Assembly: GCA_051313645.2 (NCBI GenBank)
Contig: JBNRSN020000024.1
Span: 66,154,001-66,218,000, forward strand
Length of the DNA stretch: 64,000 nt
Source of the DNA: Centroscyllium fabricii
Lineage: Eukaryota
Reading direction: 5' to 3'
Part shown: positions 52,814 through 64,000 of the stretch, piece after piece
Numbering within the stretch: position 1 is the first letter of the stretch
How the letters are laid out: each line of letters begins with the position of its first letter
Translations under genes and position numbers: made by a program
Notes under the pieces: generated by a model
The model's input: only the letters and a program-made list of their open reading frames with translations
What the model was told of the DNA's origin: nothing
Database searches by the model: none

Positions 52814-54138
52814 GGAAAATGCTGCGGATGCTGGAAATCTGAAATAACAACAGAAAACGCTGGAGAAACTCAGCAGGCCAGGCACAGAGTTAACGTTTCA
52901 GTCGATGACCTTTCTTCAAAACTGGAGAAGCCGTGAGGGGGGATAGATTTTAAAGCTTGTGGGGGCTGGGGAAAGGGGGGGGGGGGGGGGGGAGGCTGAA
53001 AGAAGAAAGGAAAGATCAGCGACAGGCTGTAAGGCGGGGGAAAGATAAGAGATATTCGGAGAAATTGAAGGAACACAGGATGGCTCTGAATAGGTGTGAA
53101 CAGCTCTAGCAGAGTAAAGGGAAAAAAAGCCCCTCCCTCCCGGAACCATGAGCGAGTTCCCCTTGTCCTCACCTATCACCCCACCAGCCTCCACATTCAA
53201 TGGATCATCCTCCGCCATTTCTGCCACCTCCAGCGTGATCCCACCACCAAATGCATCTTCCCATCACCTCCCCTTTCCCCATTCTGTAGGGACCGCTCCC
53301 TCCGCGACACCCTTGTCCACTCCTCTACCACCCCCAGCACCCCTTCCCCCGGCATCTTCCCGTGCAAGCGCAGGAGATGCAACACCTGCCCTTATACCTC
53401 CCCCTTATCCAGGGTCCCAAACACCCCTTCCAGGTGAAACAGCGATTTACCTGTACTTCCTGCAATTTAGTATACTGTATTCGCTGCTCACGATGTGGTC
53501 TCCTCTACATCGGGGAGACCAAACGCAGATTGAGTGACCGCTTTGCGGAACACCTCCATTCAGTCCGTAAGGGGCACCCTGAGCTCCCGGTGGCCTGTCA
53601 CTTTAATTCTCCATTCCACTCCCATTAAGACCTCACTGTCTGTGGCCTGCTGCACTGTTCCACAGAAACCCAGCGTAAACTCGAGGAACAGCACCTCATC
53701 TTTCGCTTAGGCACTCTACAGCCCTCTGGACTAAACCTAGAGTTCAACAATTTTAGATCATAACCTTGGCCCCTACCACACTTTTTTTTAACAGATATAT
53801 ATTTTCTCTTCTTTCAATCCACACTTTTGTCTGGCTTTTTTTTTCTTTACTCTGCTAAAGCTGTTCACACCTATCCAGAGCCATCCTGTGTTCCTTCAAT
53901 TTCTCTGAATATCTCTTACCTTCCCCGCCTTCCAGCCTGTCACTGATCTTTCCTTTGTTCTTTCAGCCCCCCCCCCCCCTCCTCCTTTCCCCAGCCCCTA
54001 CAAGCTTTAAAATCTATCCCCCCTCCTGGCTTCTCCAGTTTTGAAGAAAGGTCATCGACCTGAAACATCAACTCTGTTCCTCTCTCCACCGATGCTGCCT
54101 GGCCTGCTGAGTTTCTCCAGCGTTTTCTGTTGTTATTT
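52814..54138. mobile_element. Penelope-like element with inverted pLTRs and a GIY-YIG fragment
   Basis: 52814-53128 is inverted relative to ~53840-54138; LVYCIRCSRCGLLYIGETKRRLSDRFAEH; imperfect 15-bp TSD. Confidence 0.9.
54037..54073 (+). ncRNA. Hammerhead-like motif, U3 variant
   Basis: AGUU-UUGAAGA-A-AGGUC-AUC-GACCU-GAAA-CA-UC-AACU. Confidence 0.55.
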
Positions 54139-54297
54139 CACCAAAACAGATTATCTGGTAATTATCACATTGCTGTTTGTGGGAGTTTGCCGCGTTTCCT
54201 ACATTACAACAGTAACTACACTTCAAAAGTACTTAATTGGCTGTTAAGTATTACACAGAATCTGGTCATTTAGAAATTACACAAACATGGATAACAA

Positions 54298-54625
54298 TTG
54301 CAAGAAGTCACACAACACCAGATTATAGTCCAACAGTTTTATTTTAAATCACAAGCTTTCGGAGCGTTCGCACCTTCGTCAGGTGGAAAGAGAGACTGAC
54401 CTAAAGAAAACACATGTCGGAGGAAGGGAGAAATCCGATGTGGGAGAGATCGGATTTCTCCCTTCCTCCGACATGTGTTTTCTTTAGGTCAGTCTCTCTT
54501 ACCACCTGACGAAGGGGCGAACGCTCCGAAAGCTTGTGATTTAAAATAAAACTGTTGGACTATAACCTGGTGTTGTGTGACTTCTTGCAATTGTCCACCC
54601 CAGTCCAACACCGGCACCTCCACAT
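54298..54625 (+). mobile_element. Palindromic mini-PLE (family 1), 146-bp arms
   Basis: Arms 54294-54439 and 54449-54594; tail to 54625; perfect TSD CATGGATAACAA. Confidence 0.9.
54503..54537 (+). ncRNA. Minimal type I hammerhead ribozyme motif (mirror copy on - strand at 54351-54385)
   Basis: CAC-CUGACGA-A-GGGGCG-AA-CGCUCC-GAAA-GC-UU-GUG. Confidence 0.75.
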
Positions 54626-54999
54626 CATGGATAACAACGTGGGTTTTGTCTGAATATAACACTATGTAATTTAATCAAATGAAAAACAGAAATTTAAGTA
54701 TAAACTCCTGCTACACAAGATCTAAGAGTGCTTCTAACGGCATTGCAGATATTTTGTAATCTGTTATTCAGCACTAACAGCACATTCATATCCCAAAGCA
54801 ATCATTTAGGAGCACAGGAACGGGGGGCAGCCATTGGGCATTTCTTGCCTTTTCTCTATATCCCTTTCCTTTCAAACACGTTAATTAATCTCGATCTATA
54901 AACTTCTGGGGCAGTTTCACATTCTTACTACCTCTTGTATACTAAGTTTTACCTGATTTTATTTTAGTGGTTTAGCTCAAATTCTAAGTTTATGTTCTG

Positions 55000-56085
55000 G
55001 ATTTCCCTACCAGAACAAAGAGCCATTGCCCATCTACCGGGTCAATTTACCTTAAATATCTTGATCAGATCACTTAACCTGATCATCTACAGGGAATTTA
55101 ACCAAATTTCACCAGTCTCATCACAACTCAGACCCTTCACCCTAGATATCATCCTGATGAGTTGTTGTTGGACTTTCTCCAAGGCCAAAACATCTTTTTG
55201 AAGATAGGATATCCAAAACTGCCACAATATTGTAAATGAGACTTGATCACTCTGCTCTGTAAACTGCAGTAGCACTTCCTTTATTTTATAATCTATAGAG
55301 AGTCATACCTCTTTGATAAGGCAACACATTTCTTTATGATCACTTTTTATACCTGCAAGCTAGCTTTTAATGATCTGAATGCCTAAATCCCTTTGTTCAT
55401 TTAACCCAACCCTGAGCGCTTCCCCATTTAGATTGTCCTCCCATCTGCTCAACAAGATATATTTCTGGAGAGAAAACAATTTGAAAGATATGGCGGGCAG
55501 GTAGGTATGCAAGATCGATCAAAAGAGGCTAGCTTATCTGACCTAATGACTTTTTTCCCCGTTTCCAAATATTTTGCTTTCATGCAATTTCACAGTGATG
55601 CTTCCCTTGAGGAAAATAGAGAACGGTACTGGCAACAGTTAAGGAGATAACCTTAATATTAACGGTCCTACCCTTCCAGTTGTTCTCCATGGAGCAGAGA
55701 AGGCTAAGAGGAGATTTAATAGAGGTGTTTAAAATCATGAAGGATTTAGAGTAAATATAGAGAAACTGTTTCCAATGGCTGAAGGGTCGATAACGAGAGG
55801 GCACAGATTGAAGGTGATTGGCAAAAGAACCAGAGGCGACATGAGGAAAATACTTTATGGAACGAGTGGTTAAGATCTGGAATGCACTGCCTGATAGGCG
55901 ACAATTAAATCTGTATCCACCGCCCTTCGAAAGGGAATTGGATAAATACTTGAAGGAGAAAAAATTGCTGGGATACGGGGACGGAGTGGGACTGACTGGA
56001 TTCCTCTTGGAAAGAGCCGACGCAGACTCGATGGGCTGAATGGCCTCCTTCTGTGCTGCACTATTCCAAGATATGATTCGATGAT
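55000..56085. mobile_element. Two old CR1 fragments (- at ~55000-55450; + at ~55680-56085)
   Basis: QFWISYLQKDVLALEKVQ; RVVKIWNALP. Confidence 0.7.
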
Positions 56086-56157
56086 GTGAGTTGATCGTTG
56101 CACTGTTATTTCAAGGGTGGGTGGTAGTGTCGGATCCTTCAATGTGAAATGAGATAG

Positions 56158-57768
56158 GAATCATAGAATCATAGAAGATAGGAGCAGGAGTAGGCCATTC
56201 AGCCCTTCGAACCTGCTCCGCCATTCAATGAGATCATGGCTGATCTTTAGCAAGCTAGTACCCCGTCCCCGCCTTTTCTCCGTAACCTTTAATCCCTTTA
56301 GCTTGAAGAAATATATCTAATTCCCTCTTGAATATGTTTAATGAACTGGCCTCCACCGCCCTCTGTGGCAAGGAATTCCACAGGCCCACCACTCTCTGAG
56401 TGAAGAAATTCTTCCTCATGTCTGTCCTAAATGGCTTACCCCTTATTCTTAGACCGTGGCCCCTGGCTCTGGACTCCCCCGCCATTGGAAACATTCTCTC
56501 TGAATCTAACCTGTCCAGACCTTTCAGAATTTTATACGTCTCAATGAGATCGCCTCTCAATCTTCTAAACTCCAACGAGTACAAGCCCAGACTACATAAT
56601 CTCTCCTCGTAGGTCATTCCTGCCATTCCAGGAATCAGCCTGGTGAAACACCGCTGCACTCCTTCCATGGCAAGAACATCCTTCCTCAGGCGAGGCGACC
56701 AGAACTGTACACAATACTCAAGGTGTGGTCTCACCAGTGCCTTGTACCGCTGCAGTAAGGTATCCTTATTCCTATACTCGAACCCTCTTGATATGAAGGC
56801 CAACATACCATTTGCCTTCCTAACCGCCTGCTGCACCTGCGTGCTCGCCTTCAGCGACTGGTGCACAAGAACACCCAGGTCTCTTTGCACCTCCCCATCT
56901 CCCAATCTATTGCCATTTAAGTAATAATCTACCCTCCTGTTTTTGCCCCCAAAGTGGATAACCTCACATTTATCCACATTATAGTGCATCTGCCATCTAT
57001 CTGCCCAGTCCCCCAACTTATCCAAATCGCCCTGTAACTTCCTGACACCCTCTTCAGAGCCCGCCCCCCCCCTCCTAGTTTGGTGTCATCCGCGAATTTG
57101 GAGATATTACATTCAATTCCCTGATCCAGATCATTAATATATATTGTAAACAGCTGGGGTCCCAGGACAGACCCCTGCGGTACCCCACTAGTCACCGGCT
57201 GCCACTCAGAAAACGAGCCGTTAATTCCAACTCTCTGTTTTCTATCTGCCAACCAGTTCTCTATCCACATCAAAACTTTGCCCCCAATCCCATGAGCCTT
57301 AATTTTACATGCTAATCTTTTATGTGGAACCTTATCGAAGGCTTTCTGGAAGTCAAGGTACACCGCATCTACTGGCTCTCCCCCATCTATTTTCCGAGTT
57401 ACTTCCTCAAAGAATTCCAATAGATTAGTTAAACACGATTTACCTTTTGTAAATCCATGTTGACTCTGTCCGATCTCATCCCTAATTGTCAAATGCTCCG
57501 AGATTACATCCTTGATAATGGACTCGAGCATTTTGCCCACTACTGATGTAAGGCTTACTGGTCTATAATTCCCTGCTTTCTCTCTGCCCCCCTTTTTAAA
57601 TAGTGGGGTAACATTAGCCACCCTCCAATCCGTGGGTACTGATCCAGAGTCTATCGAGTTCTGGAAAATGATCCTTAAAGCACCCGCTATTTCCAGGGCC
57701 ACCTCTTTAAGTACCCCAGGATGTAGATTATCAGGCCCTGGGGATTTGTCGGCCTTCAATCCCTTCAA
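56158..57768 (-). mobile_element. Young CR1 RT and 3' end
   Basis: Near-intact RT ORFs; single frameshift at a C-run near 57060-57075. Confidence 0.95.
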
Positions 57769-58505
57769 CTTGGGGAAAGAAAGACAGGAGCAAGAGAAAT
57801 AATTGGAAAAGGAAATAAAAAAGCAAAACCATGGTTCCAAACAAAAGAAAATTCCTAACTCCTCTCTTTTCCAATTCTGAAGAACTGTCAGAAATATAAA
57901 GCAGAGACAGACCCTCACCAGGGACAGACTAAGTGACCACCAGTTGGCAGTCGAAAAAGGAAGACAGAAGAAATCCTGGCAGCCAAGAGAAAATAAAATA
58001 CGCGGTCACTGTTTGACAGATGAGGTTGAAACAGAGGTGCACTTCCTCCTAAAATGCAAAAGATTCGACAAAACAAGGAAAACATACTTTGACAAATTAA
58101 GCTTGGCAATCCCAGATTTCAAAGAACTAGATGATATATCAAAACTAAGAACAATCCTTGGCGAGGGAAATAGGGCACAGCTTGGTGCACAATATGTAAC
58201 AGCATGCCACAACCTGAGAGATAGTGAATGACCAACATGCACACACGCACGCACACACAAACAGAGACTAATCAACACTAATTATTATACCGTTTGTAAC
58301 TGCAAGAACGTGTAGCAACCGATAAAAGGTTACAGATGTATTGTGTGTATATATATATATATGTACAGGGGCATATCTGCCCATACATTGTATACCTGTA
58401 TCTGTATCTATGCATTTTAACTATGTATGTTATGTTTTATACTTTGGCAACATAGGGATGTATCCTGTCATGCCAATAAAGTTTTTAAATTGAAATTGAA
58501 ATTGA
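57769..58505 (+). mobile_element. RTEX-like LINE 3' fragment
   Basis: [13 protein letters not shown]...HC..EVETEVHFLLKC; AATAAA followed by (AAATTG)n tail. Confidence 0.65.
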
Positions 58506-59318
58506 GTCTCTTTTGCTAATAGCAGAGGCTCCTCTAATTCAGTTCCACAGCTGGCAGGCTTCAAGTACCTTCCCCAAGTAGCTATTGTGTGTGTGTCAGT
58601 GTTACAAAATCAGGTCTGCTGTAGATACCTTTGCGGATTCAATTGCATTAGTTGCTCCTGCAAGCAGTCTGAGTGGCTTATTTTTATGAAAGTTGCCTCA
58701 TACTTTCCCATATCTACTTGCATGGTGGTGTAACCCAGGGATGTAACGCTAGTCTCTACCTTGTGATCTGAACCAGATGTTTGTGCCTTTCGCACATGTA
58801 TTTCTTCAATCTCTCTGAAGATGAGCCAAGCAAAAACATAGTGAGGCAGACTTGGCACAAATTGTTAAGCTGCTTTATTTCACAGCAAAGTGAAGATACA
58901 GAATCGCTGTTATAATTGGACTCACTCAATTCAATCCATACACCAACGACACGAGGATAGGTGCCATTGTAACCAGTGTAGATCGAAGCATACAATTACA
59001 AATAGATATTAATAGATTAAGTGAATGGGCAAAATTCTGGCAAATGGATTTCAATATAGGCAAGTGAGAGAGCATCCACATTGCACCTAAAAATGGATAG
59101 ATCAGAATACTTTCTAAATGGTGAAAAGCTAGAAGCAGTGGAGGTCCAAAGAGACTTGGAGTCCATGTATACAGATCATTAAAATGATTTGGAAAAGTAC
59201 AAAAAATAATTGAAAAGGCTAATGGAATGCTGGCCTTTATATCTAGAGGACTAGAATACAAGGGGGTAGAAGTTATGCTGCAGCTGAATAAAACCCTGGT
59301 TAGACCGCACCAGGAGTA

Positions 59319-59712
59319 CAGGTTGAAGTTCGTTAATCCGGCAGGGTCAGGACCAGCACTGTGCCGAATTGTTAAAAACGCCGAATGATTGAAGCTTTGG
59401 CGGCGCGTGCGCAGATCATTTAAAATGGCCAGCGAAGTTTTGAATGGTCTGCACATGTGCTCGCCATTCGGCGGCGCAGGCACAGATCATTCAAAATGGA
59501 CACCGCAAAATTTTGAATGGTCTGCGCATGCGCTCGCCGGCACATGCGCAGATCATTCGCCAAAGCATCAATCATTCGGGGAGGCCTGGGCATGCACAGC
59601 CATGCGCGGCGGCCATTTTGCACATGCGCATGCGCAGGGCAGTCGGGGAAATCGTTGCCGGACGTCTGAAGCTGCCGGTTTTTCAGGTAACGGATTAACG
59701 GTGCTCAACCTG
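59319..59712. mobile_element. Tigger/pogo-type MITE
   Basis: TA TSD inside CR1 GGAG-TA-CTGTGT. Confidence 0.9.
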
Positions 59713-59898
59713 TACTGTGTTTAGTTCTGGACACCACACCGTAGGAAGGAATGCAGCGTAGATTTACTAGAATGATACCTGGATTCCAAGGGTTAAATTA
59801 TGAGGAGAGATTACATAAACTAGGGTTGTATTGCCTGGAATTTAAAAGATTAAGTGGTGATGTGATCAAAGTTTTCAAGATATTAAGGGTAGATAGAG

Positions 59899-60300
59899 AG
59901 CGGCACGGTGGCACAGTGGTTAGCACTGTTGTCTCACAGCACTGGAGATCCGGGTTCAAATCCAGCCTCGGGTACCATCTGTGTGGAGTTTGCACATTCT
60001 CCCCGTGTCTGCGTGGGTTTCCTCCGGGTGCTCCGGTTTCCTCCCACAGTCCAAAGATGTGCGGGTTAGGTTGATTGGCCAGGATAAATTGAACCTTAAT
60101 GTTAGGGGGATTGAATATGTGGTGATACGGGGATAGGGTGGGATGTGTGTCGGTGCAGGCTCTATAGGGATCGAGGGATATGGGGACAAGGCAGGGACAG
60201 GGTACTGGGTTTGGATGATCAGCCATGATCTCACTGAATGGCGGAGCAGGCTCGAAGGGCCGAATGGCCTACTCCTGCTCCTACCTTCTATGTTTCTATG
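59899..60300 (+). mobile_element. Full-length HE1-type V-SINE
   Basis: tRNA head, V-domain, CR1 tail. Confidence 0.92.
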
Positions 60301-60995
60301 TCTAAACTATTTCCGCTGGATGGGGAATCTAGGGAACATAACCTAAAAATCAGAGCCAGGCATTTCAGGAGTGAAGTTATGAAACACTTCTACAAAGGGT
60401 GATAGGAGTTTGGAACTCTCTTTCGCAAATGGCAGTTGATGTTGGGTCTATTGTTTAATTTTAAATCTGAGATTAATAGAATTCTGTTAACCAAAGATAT
60501 TAAGGGATATGGGCAAAGACACATGAAGTCACAGGTAAGCCAAGATCTCAGTGAATGGCAGAACGGGCTAGAGGGTCTAAATGGCCTATTCTTGTTCCTA
60601 CAACATATCTTTGCATAATAATAAAAACACTAGATTCTACCCCACATTGGTGGGTCGCCTTACTTGACTTAGAAATGTTGGAGGATAGTTAGGAGTCATC
60701 TTTTCTAATTTCTTTGCTTCAGCAAAAGTCCTCACAGCTTGCTCTAACAAACCCAGCTACCTTTGCAGCTTTCCGGCTTCAAAAAAGCACCTCCTCCCAC
60801 CTGTGTCCCAGGTTGTCCTGTCTCCCTCGTTTCTCAGCCAAAAGGATCAAAGATTTTCCAAGACAACAGGTGCGAGATGTTTTCTGATTGCTGACAATCT
60901 GATGAATTGATTATTTAGTCTATGGAGAAATAACATCAGTGCCAGCTCATTAGCATCTTAACTACAGTACCTAATGCCCCAGACTTTTTCTTGTA

Positions 60996-61674
60996 CAGGT
61001 TGAACTTCGTTGAACCGGCAGGGTCGGGACCAGGCCCATGCCGGACTACTGAAAAAACCGAACGAATGAAGCTGTCCCGAGCGCATGCGCAGAACATTCT
61101 AAATGGCTGCAGCACGCGCAGACCAGTGCAGGTGGCCGCAGCGCGTGGGTGGAGGCAGAGCACAGAGCACGGTGCGATTTCCGGGCGGAGCAATACAACT
61201 CCCCGCGGCTCGCGGGTGGAACAGAGCAGAGTGGGGAGGAGGGGGGGGAGGGGGGGGAGGGGGCACTCTGCAAGATGGAGCTCTGTAGCTCGCCGGTAAA
61301 GCAGTCTGTGAGGCCTCAGCGGATTGGAGCACTCGATGGGGACACACCCCAGAAGGTCAAGCATGGTTGTGGACATGCCCCAGAAGGTCGGGTGCTGCTG
61401 AAGCCACGCCGTCGGGACCAGTGCGCATTCGGGAAAGGCCCCGGGAGGGAGCCCGGTCCAACACTTCACGGGGCCCGAGCTTCATGCCAGGTACGGGTTT
61501 TTTTTTTGTAAAGCACAGGAAGCGTCGAAGAGCGCCGCTGCACATGCGCAGGCCAGTCGGGGATTGCGGACGGTGAGGAGCACCACTGCGCATGCGCCGA
61601 CCACGCGGGGATATCTGAGCCGGACATCTGAAGCTGCCGGTTTTTCGGGTGCCGGATCAACGAAGTTCAACCTG
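60996..61674. mobile_element. Tigger/pogo-type MITE
   Basis: TIR CAGGTTGAACTTCGTTGA.CCGGCA; TA TSD. Confidence 0.9.
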
Positions 61675-61690
61675 TACTTGTCTGAATATA

Positions 61691-62037
61691 CAGGTTGAGC
61701 ACTGTTAATCCGGCACCCTCGGGAGCAGGTTGGTGCCGGACCACTGAAAATTCCAAACCACTGAAGGTTCGGGGGGAGCGCGTGCTAGAACACTCCCCGG
61801 GGCCCGGAGCGCATGGGTAGAACACTCCCCGGGAGGGAGCCTGAGGATAGAACACTTACAAAACCTAAAAAAACAGAAACCCAAACACCCGACGCCTTTG
61901 GCGCTCGCTCACCCTTAACGGGAAACGGCGGCGCCGCCGAGCGGCTGCTCTGCAAAATGAAGAGCGCCGGATTCCAATCGTGCCGAACCACTGAAGCTGC
62001 CAGACCATCGGGTGCCAGATTACCGGTGCTCAACCTG
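61691..62037. mobile_element. Tigger/pogo-type MITE (subfamily of 20917-21356)
   Basis: TIRs and TA TSD; lies 16 bp from the previous MITE. Confidence 0.9.
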
Positions 62038-64000
62038 TACCAGGCTTTTAAAAACCCAACATTAAAAGTAGCTCTTTTTTCCACCTCCTATCTGTGGAAA
62101 AATGGTCAGAAAATCCTGAAACATGACAATCAGCTTACGCAGTAAACCCTAGCAGTCTATTTGACCATGGGGGAAGCATCACAGCCAAGCCCAACAGCTT
62201 CTCGTGCTATATTCTGCACAAGCATTTCCAATAAGAATCACTGGATGAGTTCAATGATTTCCCCTTTCTTAGCCCAGGGCACTAATGCCAACTGTAGTGC
62301 TCCCAATTTTGCCTAGCTCGCCACAAACCAGGGAAATTTCTTGTGTACACACAATTCAGTTCCATATCAACCCATTATTTAACCACTGAGCCACAGAGAT
62401 TTCAAACTGTTCCTACTTAAATCAAATTGTGCTCTCTGGATCAGCCATTCAATGTAGTGAGTAAAGCTCACCAATATAGTTCAATCACCACTGAGGCAAA
62501 TGTTCTATGTCCCCTTGACAAACAGAAAACAGATCATTCTACCGTATAACACATTCTAACATGCTTTTTGTATGCATCACAAAACAGCTTTCTAAAAGAG
62601 GGGCTAATATGCATTTACCCAAGTCAAAATATCTAAATTTGCATTACATCTAACTTCTGCAATAGAAGCAGTGAGAGAAAATTAACTGGTTACCTAAATG
62701 GCCTACACATATATGGAGGCTAATCATTTTTAAATTATATTTAATATTCAATTATCTTAAACCATTTACAGAAAATATAAGACTTAATTAATAATTTAAC
62801 CTGTGTTCTGTGTGTACGTATAGGACTACATGATGGTCATCGGAATTTATTTTTTTAGAGAGCTACCTTTTCCCCCAAATAATCATTTGCTATATGGCAT
62901 TCACCAGACTTCCCAACACTGGACCACAAAATGCTTAGATAGGGAGTGTAAGAGTTGCACACAGTGCTTCTAATAAAAGAATTACTGTAAATACTTCAGG
63001 GCATTTTGCTGAACAATAGACAATATGATCATAGTCTGGATTTGGAACGATGGGGGAGGGAGAGGTTTTAAACACAGTAAATCCAAGAACAGTAAAGGAA
63101 TGTTCCTCGGGTAAGATGATGATGTCATGTTGTTGTATCCTCTCGCAGCGTGGCTTTCTACAAAAGGACACTGTTGTTTAAGAACAACTGCTGCTATCCC
63201 AACATGCAGTTCTCCATACATCTGTTGATCTGGCTGGGAGAGCGAGCTGCCAGTATGACATGAAGTCACATGGCACAAGCAGGAAGACAGCTGAGGAGAT
63301 TATTCTTTGGCTTCCTCGGTGACTTCACTTCTGTTTGGCTTTATTGTTTGGCAAATGACTCCACAATGTCATCAGTGAGTGTAAGCTTTACTCACAGAAG
63401 AATGCCTGCTATGCTGATCCTGCCAGTTGCACAGCAGGAGGCTCCATGTGGCCCACTGCACTTCATTGCATTGCATTAGTGTTAACTTCTTTAACAATCC
63501 TCATTGGACTGTGGTCACAGAATTATAAGAATTTAGGACTTTTCCTTTTCAATTTGTTGAATTCTGAGAGATCTTTCAACTTTTCATACCAGTATTACAT
63601 GTTATAAAAACAAACATGTTACATATACGTGGAATATAAAAATTAAATTCATGGCTTTTTTTGTTCTCAAACAATATAGAACAATTTACAATGAATACTA
63701 AAACACTGTTAATTGGTGAACAATTAGAAATCGAATTCAAGCAAACTGACCAAGATATTTGGTATTGGAAAAACAAAAGGCGTCTCTTTCTTAGTTTACA
63801 CAGATTACTCAAGCATTTTACAAATTACACCAGACATATACTGTCTTCGGTTAATCGACTACAAACCGTTCCTTGACAAACGTACAGAAAATTCACTATC
63901 GTTAATCGTACAGTGTGAAAATCACTTACTAGCAACATGGAGCACAAAGAGGCTGGGTTTTTTTGGGGGGGGGGGTGGGGGTGGAAGAAAGGAAAGACGT

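Larger units (their letters stand above)
52520..54246 (+). mobile_element. DeuSINE (52520-52813 and 54139-54246) split by a PLE insertion
   Basis: tRNA head and Deu-domain on the left; SINE sequence resumes after 54139. Confidence 0.8.
58985..60600 (+). mobile_element. Old CR1 3' part hosting a MITE and a SINE
   Basis: ANGMLAFISRG and QRRFTRMIPG; tail near 60540-60600. Confidence 0.8.

Noticed and set aside
59899-59975. tRNA-like sequences with A and B boxes (also ~46880-46957, ~48795-48869, ~52520-52590)
   Set aside because: Heads of tRNA-derived SINEs, not tRNA genes.
62040-64000. TAOK1 promoter or non-coding first exon
   Set aside because: No CpG island or convincing exon; short ORFs here lack recognisable homology. 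Likely intron sequence.

Overview
Eukaryotic, repeat-rich genomic DNA from a cartilaginous fish (elasmobranch, inferred from HE1/V-SINE, SacSINE1-type DeuSINE and HER1-like CR1 repeats). The only host gene I can support is a TAO kinase (best match TAOK1) on the minus strand. Eight coding exons are present (ATG at 51860 down to 17495, kinase domain N-terminal ~250 aa), all with GT-AG boundaries and consistent phases; the rest of the gene lies beyond position 1. The introns hold: a GC-rich CsRn1-clade Ty3/Gypsy element (1-4061); CR1, L2 and RTEX-like LINE pieces; V- and Deu-SINEs; 12 Tigger/pogo-type MITEs (TA TSD), most rich in NRF1/YY1-like motifs; AAT-TSD MITEs; and two families of Penelope-like elements (PLEs). 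The most striking signal is a set of small palindromic PLE-derived insertions carrying minimal hammerhead ribozymes. One copy (30898-31107) shows dense A-to-G change confined to its double-stranded arms, with compensatory T-to-C changes, resembling an ADAR-hyperedited hairpin RNA written back into the genome. Exon and TIR/TSD coordinates were read base by base; LINE/SINE boundaries are approximate (about 10-30 bp), and family names come from recall, not from a database search.
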